Source of the DNA: Bacteroidia bacterium
Lineage (GTDB): Bacteria > Bacteroidota > Bacteroidia > JABEUT01
Length of the DNA: 64,000 nt
Assembly (NCBI GenBank): GCA_035486275.1
Contig: DATHNG010000144.1
Location: 1,617-65,616, forward strand
Direction: 5' to 3'
Under the pieces are notes generated by a model, which was not told the origin of the DNA, ran no database searches, and saw nothing but the letters and a program-made list of their open reading frames with translations. The first letter of the stretch is position 1. The number at the start of each line of letters is the position of its first letter. Position numbers and translations under genes: made by a program. Shown here piece by piece: positions 1 through 9,601 of this stretch.

Positions 1-1
1 T

Positions 2-214
2 ATACCGGCCTTAAAGAAATTTTCGCCAACCACGCTGGCAAATATTTACCTGATGTATAAAGTAAATAAATTAAAAATTGGTGTAGGCTGTTACAATATT
101 TTGAATGCTGACTATGAATTCATTCAGCCGTATAATGGCGGTCATGCCCCATTACCATCTATGTCAAGGGAATATGAAATACGGGTATCATACGATCTAA
201 ATTTCAAGAAATGA
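2..214 (+). CDS. Partial CDS (5' end off-window): C-terminus of a probable outer-membrane beta-barrel, TonB-dependent-receptor-like
   Basis: Own translation: frame 2 is open from the window edge to TGA 212-214 (...LKIGVGCYNILNADYEFIQPYNGGHAPLPSMSREYEIRVSYDLNFKK*). Alternating beta-strand-like pattern with aromatics near the C-terminus. The stop overlaps the next ATG (ATGA at 211-214). Absent from the ORF track because it has no start codon. Confidence 0.4.
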   Translation: MPALKKFSPTTLANIYLMYKVNKLKIGVGCYNILNADYEFIQPYNGGHAPLPSMSREYEIRVSYDLNFKK

Positions 215-735
215 AGATAAGCAGAGCGATACTTATTTTTCTTGGAATAATATCCTGTTCAGCAGGGGTGTTTGGGCAAACACTGAACTATAAAATAGCT
301 TCGGTGTATGTGTATAATTTTACAAAATATATATCATGGCCAACTAATAAATCAACCGATTTTGTGATAGGCATTTACGGAGCTTCACCTATAACCGATG
401 AACTGAGAAAGTTTGTTGCAGGTAAGCATGTAGGGGAAAAATCTATTACTGTTGAAAAAGTGCTTACGATAGATGAGGCAGCCGGGTGCCAGATAGTGTT
501 TATTCCCGCTTCTCAAAGTTCAGAACTTAAGAAGATCAGCGATCAACTGAAGGGTAAGCCTGTATTAATTGTTTGTGAAAAAGAGGGTTTGAATAAAAAA
601 GGAGCATCGATTAGTATATACCTTGATGAGGATGATGATGACAAAACAAAATTTGAATTAAACCAGGGGTATATAAAATACAATGGGCTGCTTATTTCTC
701 AGGGCCTTATAACATTGTCGTCGGGGAATAATTAG
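211..735 (+). CDS. YfiR-like / DUF4154 family periplasmic protein
   Basis: 174 aa with a signal peptide. The YVYNFTKYISWP segment and the later IVFIP...LKGKPVLIV segment resemble DUF4154/YfiR as I recall the family. Coupled to the upstream barrel gene by an ATGA overlap. Confidence 0.55.
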   Translation: MKISRAILIFLGIISCSAGVFGQTLNYKIASVYVYNFTKYISWPTNKSTDFVIGIYGASPITDELRKFVAGKHVGEKSITVEKVLTIDEAAGCQIVFIPASQSSELKKISDQLKGKPVLIVCEKEGLNKKGASISIYLDEDDDDKTKFELNQGYIKYNGLLISQGLITLSSGNN

Positions 736-805
736 TGCGAAATAAATTTCAACATAAATATGAGCACTTATATCGAAAGTGCCTGGCATCATATCAAAAA
801 GTATA

Positions 806-813
806 TACCTTTG
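806..813 (+). promoter_or_regulatory. Candidate Bacteroidota -7 promoter box (TACCTTTG, fits TAnnTTTG)
   Basis: Exact TAnnTTTG match 46 nt upstream of the sod ATG. No clear -33 TTG was seen. Confidence 0.25.
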
Positions 814-858
814 ACTTATAGAACCTATCAATAAAACAAACAATTAAACCCTATTAAT

Positions 859-1464
859 ATGGCTTTTACACTTCCAAAATTACCGTACGATTACAAGGCC
901 CTTGAGCCTCACATTGATGCACAAACTATGGAAATTCACCATAGCAAGCATCATCAGGCATATATAACTAATTTTAATAATGCTGTTGCAGGTAAGCCTG
1001 AGGACAGCATGAGCCTGGAAGACTTATTTAAAAATATATCCAAGCAACCTCCGGTAGTAAGAAACAACGGTGGCGGTATATACAACCATAACCAGTTCTG
1101 GACGGTTATGAAACCAAATGGCGGCGGAGAACCTACCGGCGTATTGGCTGATGGTATTAAATCAACCTTTGGTTCATTTGCAGATTTTAAAACCAAATTT
1201 GCTGAAGCAGGCGCTACACGTTTTGGTTCAGGCTGGGCCTGGTTATGTGTTACAGGTGGCAAGCTGGCTATTTGTTCTACTCCTAACCAGGATAATCCTT
1301 TAATGGATGTTTCTGAATGCAAGGGCACTCCTATTCTGGGCCTTGATGTATGGGAACATGCATACTATCTGAAATATCAGAATAAGCGCCCTGATTACAT
1401 AGCCGCTTTCTGGAATGTTATTAACTGGGAAGAAGTTGCTAAACGTTTAGACAGCGCAAAATAA
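859..1464 (+). CDS. sod: Fe/Mn superoxide dismutase
   Basis: 201 aa. N-terminus [31 protein letters not shown] and C-terminal [18 protein letters not shown] are canonical Fe/Mn-SOD signatures. Confidence 0.95.
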   Translation: MAFTLPKLPYDYKALEPHIDAQTMEIHHSKHHQAYITNFNNAVAGKPEDSMSLEDLFKNISKQPPVVRNNGGGIYNHNQFWTVMKPNGGGEPTGVLADGIKSTFGSFADFKTKFAEAGATRFGSGWAWLCVTGGKLAICSTPNQDNPLMDVSECKGTPILGLDVWEHAYYLKYQNKRPDYIAAFWNVINWEEVAKRLDSAK

Positions 1465-1467
1465 TTT

Positions 1468-1869
1468 ATGGGGAGGCTTTGCCTGGCTGTATTATTTCTG
1501 GTATTGAGCTGCACGTATGTGCAAGCAAACAATGTTAGATATAGGCAGCATGGCAAAGCTTATCTTTTTTCAGGCGATTCAGCAAAAAACACCCGGGCAG
1601 CTGATACAAGTAGGATTCATGCACGAAAACATAAGCTGATAGCCGCTTTACTGGCGCTACCAATTCCATTGGGTGTTTTTGGCGCCCACCGCATTTACCT
1701 GGGAAGTTCAGCAGGTGTACCTATTGCTTATATAGCAACATTCGGCGGGGCTTTCGGTATATTGCCTTTTATAGATTGTGTACTCATTGTTATCAATAAG
1801 GACATAAATGCGTATGCATATAATCCACGTATATTTATGTGGACCAGGCCCGAGAAAAAGAAAAAATAA
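1468..1869 (+). CDS. TM2 domain-containing membrane protein
   Basis: 133 aa. GAHRIYLG followed by a second hydrophobic helix is the TM2 pattern. Starts 3 nt after the sod stop. Confidence 0.55.
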   Translation: MGRLCLAVLFLVLSCTYVQANNVRYRQHGKAYLFSGDSAKNTRAADTSRIHARKHKLIAALLALPIPLGVFGAHRIYLGSSAGVPIAYIATFGGAFGILPFIDCVLIVINKDINAYAYNPRIFMWTRPEKKKK

Positions 1870-1873
1870 AAGA

Positions 1874-3712
1874 TTATTCTACCGTAACTGACTTGGCCAG
1901 ATTTCTTGGCTGGTCAACATTACAGCCTCTCATAACTGCTACATGATAGGAGAGTAACTGAAGTGGAATAACTGCTACAAGAGGCGCAAGGCGTTCGTCA
2001 ACTTGCGGCACTTCAATAACATAATCAGCCAGTGATTTAACCTGGGTATCACCTTCGGTAACAACGGCAATAATTTTGCCTTTTCGGGCTTTAACTTCCT
2101 GAATATTGCTCACTACTTTTTCGTATGAGGTGCCTTGTGTAGCTATAACAAATACAGGCATATTTTCATCTATCAATGCAATTGGCCCGTGTTTCATTTC
2201 TGCAGCAGGATATCCTTCGGCATGAATGTATGATATTTCTTTAAGCTTAAGCGCACCTTCAAGGGCAACCGGGAATGTATATCCACGGCCTAAATACAAG
2301 GCATTATGCGCATTCTTATATATTTTGGCAATAGCCTCGATCTCTTTGTTCCGTTCAAGTACAGCCTGAACTTTATCAGGTATGGTATTCAATTCACTAA
2401 TCAGTTCATGGAATTTACCGCGGGGCAAGGTTCCTTTTATCTGGGCAATTTGCAGAGCCATTAAGGTGAGTATGGTTATCTGCGCAGTGAAAGCTTTGGT
2501 TGATGCCACACCAATTTCAGGCCCTGCGTGGGTATAAGATCCTGCATGGGTAGCACGTGGTATTGATGAACCAACTACATTGCAAATGCCAATGATAGTG
2601 GCGCCTTTACTCTTCGCTAACTCTATTGCCGCCAATGTATCGGCTGTTTCGCCCGATTGCGAAATAGCAATTACAACATCATCTTCGTGAATTACAGGAT
2701 TCCTGTAACGGAACTCCGATGCGTATTCAACCTCTACCGGAATACGTGCAAGATCTTCAAATAAATATTCGCCAACAAGGCCTGCATGCCATGAAGTACC
2801 GCAACCAATAATTATAATTCTTTTGGCTTTAACTAAAGCCTGCTCGTAATCGGCAATGCCACCCAGTTTTACAATGCCTTTATTCACATTTAAGCGGCCC
2901 CGTAAACTATCGCGGATAGAACGAGGCTGTTCATATATTTCCTTTAACATGAAATGCGGAAAACCACCCTTCTCAAGGGTTTCCAGTTGCATCTCAAGTT
3001 CTTCTATATAGGGAGTTTTAGCTTTGTTCTTTATTGTTTTTATTTTCACTTCACCGTGGCGTGGCAATACCGCTATTTCCTCATCTTCCAGGTATATTAC
3101 GTTCTTGGTGTATTCGACAATAGGTGTTGCATCCGATCCCACAAAAAATTCTTTTTCTCCAACTCCGATCACGAGCGGACTTCCTTTTTTCGCCACAATA
3201 AGCTCATCGGGATTATCCTTGGCAAGCACAACTATTGCATAGGCGCCCACTACCTGGTTAAGGGCAATGCGCACAGCTTCTGCAAGTGGAACACCTTCGT
3301 TATCTTTTATATTCTCAATAAGTTGTACTAAAACTTCAGTATCTGTATCACTGCGGAATGTATAGTTCCTTTTTTTAAGCTCTTCTTTTATAGGACCGTA
3401 GTTTTCAATTATGCCATTATGTATAAGAACTATGTTGCCCGATTGTGAATAGTGCGGGTGTGCATTAACATCATTAGGTTCGCCGTGGGTAGCCCAGCGG
3501 GTATGTGCTATTCCAATGTTGCCTTTTTTGTCTTTGTCTTTCGCAAAGGCTTCCAGGTCGGCAACTTTGCCTTTGCATTTGTAAACATTTAAAGTGCCGT
3601 TTAACAATGCAACCCCTGCACTGTCATATCCTCTGTATTCAAGACGGTGAAGTCCCTTAATAAGAATAGGGTAAGCTTCTTTGTTTCCAATATAACCTAC
3701 TATGCCACACAT
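1874..3712 (-). CDS. glmS: Glutamine--fructose-6-phosphate aminotransferase (isomerising)
   Basis: 612 aa. MCGIVGY Ntn-amidotransferase start, two SIS-type regions, C-terminal ...LAKSVTVE. Confidence 0.96.
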   Translation of the reverse strand: MCGIVGYIGNKEAYPILIKGLHRLEYRGYDSAGVALLNGTLNVYKCKGKVADLEAFAKDKDKKGNIGIAHTRWATHGEPNDVNAHPHYSQSGNIVLIHNGIIENYGPIKEELKKRNYTFRSDTDTEVLVQLIENIKDNEGVPLAEAVRIALNQVVGAYAIVVLAKDNPDELIVAKKGSPLVIGVGEKEFFVGSDATPIVEYTKNVIYLEDEEIAVLPRHGEVKIKTIKNKAKTPYIEELEMQLETLEKGGFPHFMLKEIYEQPRSIRDSLRGRLNVNKGIVKLGGIADYEQALVKAKRIIIIGCGTSWHAGLVGEYLFEDLARIPVEVEYASEFRYRNPVIHEDDVVIAISQSGETADTLAAIELAKSKGATIIGICNVVGSSIPRATHAGSYTHAGPEIGVASTKAFTAQITILTLMALQIAQIKGTLPRGKFHELISELNTIPDKVQAVLERNKEIEAIAKIYKNAHNALYLGRGYTFPVALEGALKLKEISYIHAEGYPAAEMKHGPIALIDENMPVFVIATQGTSYEKVVSNIQEVKARKGKIIAVVTEGDTQVKSLADYVIEVPQVDERLAPLVAVIPLQLLSYHVAVMRGCNVDQPRNLAKSVTVE

Positions 3713-3725
3713 AAGTGTAAATTTA

Positions 3726-5243
3726 TTACGATTTGTGTACTTTTACCTTATCGATTACGGGAGTGTAATAAAGTTTTAACCGGAGACGCTTTGCTGAAGT
3801 TCCATTACCTATGCCTCCGTATCCCACAAACCTGTTTGCGGTTTCGCTTGAAGCACCGGCAACAAGATAAAGGCCATGATCTATTGTTTTTCCATCAAGC
3901 ACATTTTGTATGTAAAGTGCTATGTCAAAAACATACTGCTGATTAAACCCATCGTATGTACCGCCATAGTAAGCCGAACCATAATCAGGTAAAGTAAATG
4001 TAGATGTGGAAGCCACCGTAGAGGTGTCGTTTATGCCAATTAAATAAAGCTGGCTTGGTGGCTCAAAATTGCCGATAGTGCTTGCATCAACAGGGATATC
4101 TACCTCTGCGCGGTTAATGATAACCTTATTTTTTTTAACCCAGTTCATAATGTACGGAAAGTCGATCTTGGTCATTACACCACCCATGGCCTGCACGTAT
4201 ATATGGTTAGGGGAGTAGACCGAGTCCTTTTTATTTTTTGGTCCGTTAAATACCGTTTGAGAATAATCGTGGTCGAAATGATTAAATGAAACGCAACCGG
4301 GGTTAGAATAGAAATTAGTTGTTGCGTAAGAAGTGTCCGTTCCGGTTCCGGTACTGGCTGGATTGATGACACGGAAATAAAATACAATGCCATTTATGCC
4401 TCCATAGGGATTAATGTACCATAAGCCACCCTGGCCAGGCAATTGCATGGTATTGGAAGCAGTGGTAATATAAATACCAGGAAAATTACGTTCCAATACA
4501 GTATCCCAACTTACCATATTAACGGCATTAATGTTTGTGCTATTACATGGAGAAAGCCTTGGGTACTGACTTAAAGCTGTATCAAGCCAGCTCTTTCCCC
4601 ATGCCAAAGGCAATTTTATTGTCATTCGTGGGCTCGACACGTAGTCAAGAACCTTGGTTGGATGGGAAGGATACCATGCTGTATCATTGGTCTGAAAAGC
4701 AGGGGTTACTTCCCGTTCTGCCAGTAAATTCTTGTGCGATATTACGGCATCATCATAGTAGGCGCTATCGTTTACAAAATGTGTTTTTGCATCAAGCGTA
4801 TATACCTGAACTTCTTCTGCGCCAATTGTGCCATAATAATTATAGTCATTATAACTGCCATACGGCAATGCAAATATTACGGAATCCAATATAACATTTA
4901 CGGTGGCTGATGAAATATAGCCGTTAGATGTAAAGGGGTTAACACCATCAGTAGGCAACTGCAACTGCGTGTATATTGATGCCCTTGATGGCCCAAAAAT
5001 AGGGTCGGTACAATACCCGAGCAAATCAACCGTATTATTATTAGAAGGAACAGTGTCTTCTAATACTAATGAGGTTACTACAGTAGTAGTATCAATAAAA
5101 TCTGCCGTAAGTGTACTGCTTGGCAATACGTTTCTGCCTATACCACTATCTTGTGAGCAGGAAGCATAAAAGGCAAAGCCTGCTATTATGCAGGCTGTTG
5201 CCAATTTCGATGATCTGTAGGACCTGAAGGACAATTTATTCAT
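3726..5243 (-). CDS. DUF4270-like lipoprotein (unknown function)
   Basis: The track ORF runs to 5369. Met43 (ATG ending at 5243) instead gives a lipoprotein signal (...ACIIAGFAFYASC) and an 8-nt overlap with the stop of the upstream gene. A position between a short GlgA-like gene and glmS matches the Bacteroidota DUF4270 context as I recall it. Confidence 0.55.
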   Translation of the reverse strand: MNKLSFRSYRSSKLATACIIAGFAFYASCSQDSGIGRNVLPSSTLTADFIDTTTVVTSLVLEDTVPSNNNTVDLLGYCTDPIFGPSRASIYTQLQLPTDGVNPFTSNGYISSATVNVILDSVIFALPYGSYNDYNYYGTIGAEEVQVYTLDAKTHFVNDSAYYDDAVISHKNLLAEREVTPAFQTNDTAWYPSHPTKVLDYVSSPRMTIKLPLAWGKSWLDTALSQYPRLSPCNSTNINAVNMVSWDTVLERNFPGIYITTASNTMQLPGQGGLWYINPYGGINGIVFYFRVINPASTGTGTDTSYATTNFYSNPGCVSFNHFDHDYSQTVFNGPKNKKDSVYSPNHIYVQAMGGVMTKIDFPYIMNWVKKNKVIINRAEVDIPVDASTIGNFEPPSQLYLIGINDTSTVASTSTFTLPDYGSAYYGGTYDGFNQQYVFDIALYIQNVLDGKTIDHGLYLVAGASSETANRFVGYGGIGNGTSAKRLRLKLYYTPVIDKVKVHKS

Positions 5244-6063
5244 CAACCAAAGCTTCTTCCATTTCAAGAACTTCATCGTAAAAGTCTGAATATGCATCCA
5301 TATAATTCTCTTCGGTATGCTCGAGCATTGGTTTGCCCGATTTTTTAATATGCTTAAGTACGTCTGCATCTACATTAGGATCAACTTTTACTACTGCGTC
5401 CGACCAGTTAACGGCCAGCTTCATTAAATTATTGTATGAAGGAGTTTTAATAACAGAAAGGTCTTCTGCATTAATTCCATCCCAAACGGCTTTATCAGCA
5501 AGGCGTTTGTTCAATGTGCCTTCAAATTTGTCACCACATAAAGAATAAATAACCTTTGCATTTTCAAACAAAGGATCTTCTTTACAAGCTTGCTTAATAT
5601 ATAATGGAAACAAACTGGTCATCCAGCCATGGCAATGTATAATGTCAGGGCTCCAGCTCAGTTTACGCACGGTTTCAATAACCCCGCGGCAAAAGAACAC
5701 TGCTCTTTCGTCATTATCTTCGAAAAGCCTTCCCTGTTCATCGGTAAATGTTGCCTTGCGTTGAAAGTAGTCTTCATTATCTATGAAATATACCTGCATA
5801 CGTGCACGTTGAATGGAAGCTACCTTTATAATAAGTGGATGATCGTCGTTATCTATAATAAGGTTTATACCTGAAAGGCGAATTACTTCATGTAAACCAT
5901 GGCGGATTTCATTAATGCAACCGTAGCGTGGCATGAAGGTGCGTATTTCTTTACCCCTTTCCTGGATACCTTGTGGCAGAAAGCGAGCAACATTTGACAT
6001 TGTATTCTCTCCCATGTATGGAAATATTTCCTGGGAAACATAAAGCACCCTAGCTTTTTTCAT
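5236..6063 (-). CDS. Short glycogen/starch-synthase-like protein (GT5 N-terminal domain only)
   Basis: 275 aa. VLYVSQEIFPY...RTFMPRYG...DIIHCHGWMTSL resembles the N-terminal Rossmann half of GlgA. No C-terminal half is present. Confidence 0.7.
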   Translation of the reverse strand: MKKARVLYVSQEIFPYMGENTMSNVARFLPQGIQERGKEIRTFMPRYGCINEIRHGLHEVIRLSGINLIIDNDDHPLIIKVASIQRARMQVYFIDNEDYFQRKATFTDEQGRLFEDNDERAVFFCRGVIETVRKLSWSPDIIHCHGWMTSLFPLYIKQACKEDPLFENAKVIYSLCGDKFEGTLNKRLADKAVWDGINAEDLSVIKTPSYNNLMKLAVNWSDAVVKVDPNVDADVLKHIKKSGKPMLEHTEENYMDAYSDFYDEVLEMEEALVDE

Positions 6064-6291
6064 AGTATGAAAAATTTAGTTGGAAAATTGTTGTGAGAAT
6101 TGACTATCGGACGAAAAAATACCATTCTGTTCTTTAGCTTAGCAATAGGACCTTTTTCTAGTAACCTGAAATCATTTGCAAAGATAATAAAAAAAAGCGA
6201 GATAGAAAACAAGTAAATGGCAATATTTCCTATAAAACAGGCATTTTTTAAGTTTAAATTAATTTGTGATACGATGGGGTGTTTCTATGTA

Positions 6292-6299
6292 TAATTTTG
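6292..6299 (+). promoter_or_regulatory. Candidate -7 promoter box (TAATTTTG)
   Basis: TAnnTTTG match 41 nt upstream of ATG 6340. A TTG lies about 27 nt further upstream. Confidence 0.3.
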
Positions 6300-6339
6300 G
6301 TGCCGAAATTATACTTTATAACCATATATAATATTGAAA

Positions 6340-6810
6340 ATGAGCAATAAACACGTATTTAATGCTTCTCTTAACTGGAACAGTGCAAATGGAGTGGGAA
6401 CAACCGATTACAGGTCATATAGCCGTAATCATATTATTTCAGCCAAGGGTAAACCCGATATTATGGGTTCCTCAGACCCTCTTTTCAGGGGAGATGCCGG
6501 CAGATATAACCCCGAAGAGCTTTTGATAGCCTCTTTATCTTCCTGCCACATGCTTTGGTATCTGCACCTGTGTGCTGACGCAGGGGTTATTGTAACGGCT
6601 TACGAGGACCATGCAACAGGTACCATGGAAATTGACTCAGATGGCGGTGGGCGATTTGCCGAAGTGGTGCTTAATCCTATTGTTACTGTAAAAAGCAGTT
6701 CCATGACAAAAACAGCCCTCGAGCTTCACCATGGGGCGAATAAAAAGTGTTTTATTGCCAATTCCTGCAATTTTCCGGTAAAACATAACCCGATTATACG
6801 AATAGAATAG
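6340..6810 (+). CDS. OsmC/Ohr family protein
   Basis: About 156 aa from the ATG at 6340 (the track starts at TTG 6334). Size, the Cys-containing SSCHMLWYLHLC segment and a second Cys pair near the C-terminus fit the OsmC family. Confidence 0.6.
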   Translation: MSNKHVFNASLNWNSANGVGTTDYRSYSRNHIISAKGKPDIMGSSDPLFRGDAGRYNPEELLIASLSSCHMLWYLHLCADAGVIVTAYEDHATGTMEIDSDGGGRFAEVVLNPIVTVKSSSMTKTALELHHGANKKCFIANSCNFPVKHNPIIRIE

Positions 6811-6811
6811 A

Positions 6812-7603
6812 TTAACTATGGCTCTTTTTAACCAATAGCGGTGTAAGGATAAGCGATATAAGGAAGGCAGAGATAGTGGTCATTATAAAATCATCAGCCG
6901 ACCGATGATTGAAAAAGTGTGTGAAGAAATGAATTGTAAGCAGATTATTGAATTGTTCCAGAGGTAACCTGTGCATAGTTGTATAAACACGTATAGTAAC
7001 TATGGATACGGTAATAAGGGCTGCAATAGTCCAAAACAGCAATATGTTCTTTCTTTTCAGTGTTTCATCTTTGGGCAACATAAACAGGCCATAAAACAAA
7101 ATAATTAATCCCGCCGAGGAACTTACTACCTGCAGAATATAAAAACGTACCTGCCCTATACCAAACACGTCGGTATTTTTTAATAGCCAGGGAATTTTGT
7201 TTACAAAGTAACCGGTACGGTGCGTAAAGCTATCCCATACTATGTGTGTGGCTATACCCAGCATTAGGCAAATAATAACGGTGAGGAGATTTTGTTTTAC
7301 AAATGCCGGCCAATTAAATTCTTTAAACCTATTGAGCCTTTTTCTGAACATAGCCGGAAGATGATCGATCAGGCCATCTCTTACAAAGCCATGGTAAATA
7401 AATGTTAAAATGAAAGCAACAGGAAGATCGAACCATAATAGCCCTGCCCAGGTATGGCCATATACGCCAAGATTACGCATTCGGATAAAATATTCAAAAT
7501 CGGGTGTCATGCTGCCAATGGCCAATGCAGTAAACGAAACCCATTTGCGGCGAATGAATTTTGCGGGTAGTATAGCGGCCGGATGGGCGAATGTAAAAGG
7601 CAT
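6812..7603 (-). CDS. DUF4184-like membrane protein (putative metal-dependent hydrolase fold)
   Basis: 263 aa. MPFTFAHPAA start, multiple TM helices, several conserved-looking His residues. Confidence 0.45.
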   Translation of the reverse strand: MPFTFAHPAAILPAKFIRRKWVSFTALAIGSMTPDFEYFIRMRNLGVYGHTWAGLLWFDLPVAFILTFIYHGFVRDGLIDHLPAMFRKRLNRFKEFNWPAFVKQNLLTVIICLMLGIATHIVWDSFTHRTGYFVNKIPWLLKNTDVFGIGQVRFYILQVVSSSAGLIILFYGLFMLPKDETLKRKNILLFWTIAALITVSIVTIRVYTTMHRLPLEQFNNLLTIHFFTHFFNHRSADDFIMTTISAFLISLILTPLLVKKSHS

Positions 7604-7656
7604 AATTAAATATAAATGTAGTATTTAAAACGGTATTATTTGCTGTTTCAGTATCT

Positions 7657-8559
7657 TTGACAATCATTATATTTTATAAGGTGTCGGCAATAGCATTTTA
7701 TCTTTTTCTTCCTTTCATATACCTTATTTCACTATTGCCATTTCCTTTGTTATACCTTGTATCCGACGGATTTTATGTGCTTTTATATTATATTATCGGC
7801 TATCGCAAAAAGGTGGTAATGGAAAACCTGCGAAACTCATTTCCTGATAAGAGTGAAAAAGAAATAAAAAGGATATGCAAGGATTTTTATCATTACCTCT
7901 GCGACCTGTTTTTAGAAACATTCAAAACACTTACCATCAGCAAAACAACCATGCTGAAGCATTTTTACTTTGCGCCCGGTGCACAGGAAGTATTTGATAC
8001 GCTGGCTGACGAAAAGAGATCGGTAGTGCTTGTAATGGGGCATTTAGGTAATTGGGAATGGGCCGGTAATACATTTAGCTTGTTGTGCAAGCACCAATTG
8101 TATGTAATATACCATCCGCTCAGCAATAAATATTTTAATAAACTGATATATGATATGCGTACCCGCTTTGGTACCGGGCTGATTGCTATGCGCGAAACAT
8201 TCAGGGAAATGGTTGCCAAGCGGAACGAAGTGAGTGCAACGGCATTTATTGCAGACCAGACCCCTTCGCCCGAAGGTGCATACTGGACAACTTTCCTGAA
8301 CCAGGATACTCCTGTGTTTACGGGTACAGAACGGATTGCAAAAAAGATGGAATATCCGATAGTATATGCCTGTATTAAAAGAGTTAAAAGGGGCTATTAT
8401 CAAATAGAAGCAGAAGTGCTTTGCATGAATCCGAAGGAAACGAAAGACGGTGAAATATCGGAAATGCATACCCGTAGGCTCGAAAAGGATATAATAGCAC
8501 AACCTGAGGTTTGGCTATGGTCTCACCGCCGATGGAAACATAAACGAAAGGTTGCCTGA
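7657..8559 (+). CDS. LpxL/HtrB-family lipid acyltransferase (lysophospholipid / lipid A secondary acyltransferase-like)
   Basis: 300 aa. N-terminal TM helix, then YRKKVVMENLRNSFPDKSEKE and a GHLGNWE block typical of the lauroyl/myristoyl acyltransferase family. The start is uncertain (TTG 7657 or GTG 7681). Confidence 0.65.
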   Translation: MTIIIFYKVSAIAFYLFLPFIYLISLLPFPLLYLVSDGFYVLLYYIIGYRKKVVMENLRNSFPDKSEKEIKRICKDFYHYLCDLFLETFKTLTISKTTMLKHFYFAPGAQEVFDTLADEKRSVVLVMGHLGNWEWAGNTFSLLCKHQLYVIYHPLSNKYFNKLIYDMRTRFGTGLIAMRETFREMVAKRNEVSATAFIADQTPSPEGAYWTTFLNQDTPVFTGTERIAKKMEYPIVYACIKRVKRGYYQIEAEVLCMNPKETKDGEISEMHTRRLEKDIIAQPEVWLWSHRRWKHKRKVA

Positions 8560-8589
8560 TTTGTCATATCTTTGTTGTAAGTAAAAACA

Positions 8590-9555
8590 ATGTTAACAGG
8601 TAAGGAACTTATATTAGCCACCAGGCAATACGCTGTTGAAGATAAGGCCAAAAGCTGGTTCTATGTGCTTTCTACGTTAATTCTTGCATCTGCAGCTTAT
8701 GTAGGCGCTGCGCTTATTACTAATATTCCCATTCGTTTTGTGCTTGGTGTTCTGGCAGGGCTTATAACTATAAGAATGTTCGTGTTGTATCACGATTTTG
8801 AGCACCATGCCATACTCAACAAGTCATTTATGGGCAAAGTTGTTTTTTCAGTGTTTGGCCTTTTGTCACTTGCTCCTGTCAGCATCTGGAAACGTTCACA
8901 CGATTACCACCACAAGCATAATTCAAAACTATTTTCTTCCAGCATTGGCTCATACCTTATTATTACCCGCGAAAAATTCGACAGTCTTTCTCCTGCAGAA
9001 CAGCGTAAATACTTATTATCGAGGCATCCATTAACTATTTTATTCGGGTATTTTACCATGTTCTTTTTCGGTATTTCAATGCGATCGTTCTTAAATAACC
9101 CACGCAAACATTACGATTCATTAATTGCCATGGTAATTCATATAACACTGATTGTGTTGGTAATTTATTTTTTAGGATGGCAGGCATGGCTTTTCTCCAT
9201 GTTCGTTCCGTTTTTTGTTTCCGGATGCCTGGGCGATTACCTGTTCTATGCCCAGCATAATTTCCCGACCGTAAAATTTCACGATAATGCCGAATGGGCT
9301 TATGAAAAGGCTGCCCTTGAATCATCGAGCTTTATGGATATGGGTCCAATAATGAACTGGTTCACAGCTAACATAGGCTATCACCATATTCACCACATGA
9401 ATTCACGCATACCATTCTATCGCTTACCTGAAGTTATGGCGGCGTTTCCTGAGCTTCAGCACCCTAAAAGAACTTCCCTTTCTTTAAAAGATATTTCGGC
9501 GTGTTTAAAGTTAAAAGTATGGGATCCATCGAAAGACAGGATGGTTGGGGTTTGA
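8590..9555 (+). CDS. Membrane fatty-acid desaturase
   Basis: 321 aa. Three His boxes are visible (HDFEHH, HDYHH, HHIHH) with TM helices between them. Starts 30 nt after the acyltransferase gene. Confidence 0.8.
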   Translation: MLTGKELILATRQYAVEDKAKSWFYVLSTLILASAAYVGAALITNIPIRFVLGVLAGLITIRMFVLYHDFEHHAILNKSFMGKVVFSVFGLLSLAPVSIWKRSHDYHHKHNSKLFSSSIGSYLIITREKFDSLSPAEQRKYLLSRHPLTILFGYFTMFFFGISMRSFLNNPRKHYDSLIAMVIHITLIVLVIYFLGWQAWLFSMFVPFFVSGCLGDYLFYAQHNFPTVKFHDNAEWAYEKAALESSSFMDMGPIMNWFTANIGYHHIHHMNSRIPFYRLPEVMAAFPELQHPKRTSLSLKDISACLKLKVWDPSKDRMVGV

Positions 9556-9601
9556 TTGCCCTATTTTCGTAAATTCGTATTAAACTCCAAAATTGAAAAC
9601 C

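Noticed and set aside
3713-3725. glmS ribozyme upstream of glmS
   Set aside because: Only 13 nt separate glmS from the upstream gene, so there is no room for the ribozyme. It is also not expected in this phylum.
5244-5369. N-terminal extensions of track ORFs (5369 for DUF4270, 30452 for the BNR protein, 43399 for OmpA, and TTG/GTG starts at 6334, 9593, 12481, 16854, 24977)
   Set aside because: Internal ATGs give proper signal or lipoprotein peptides. For OmpA the extension would contain a terminator hairpin (43385-43416), and for DUF4270 it would overlap the upstream gene by 134 nt. The shorter starts were adopted.
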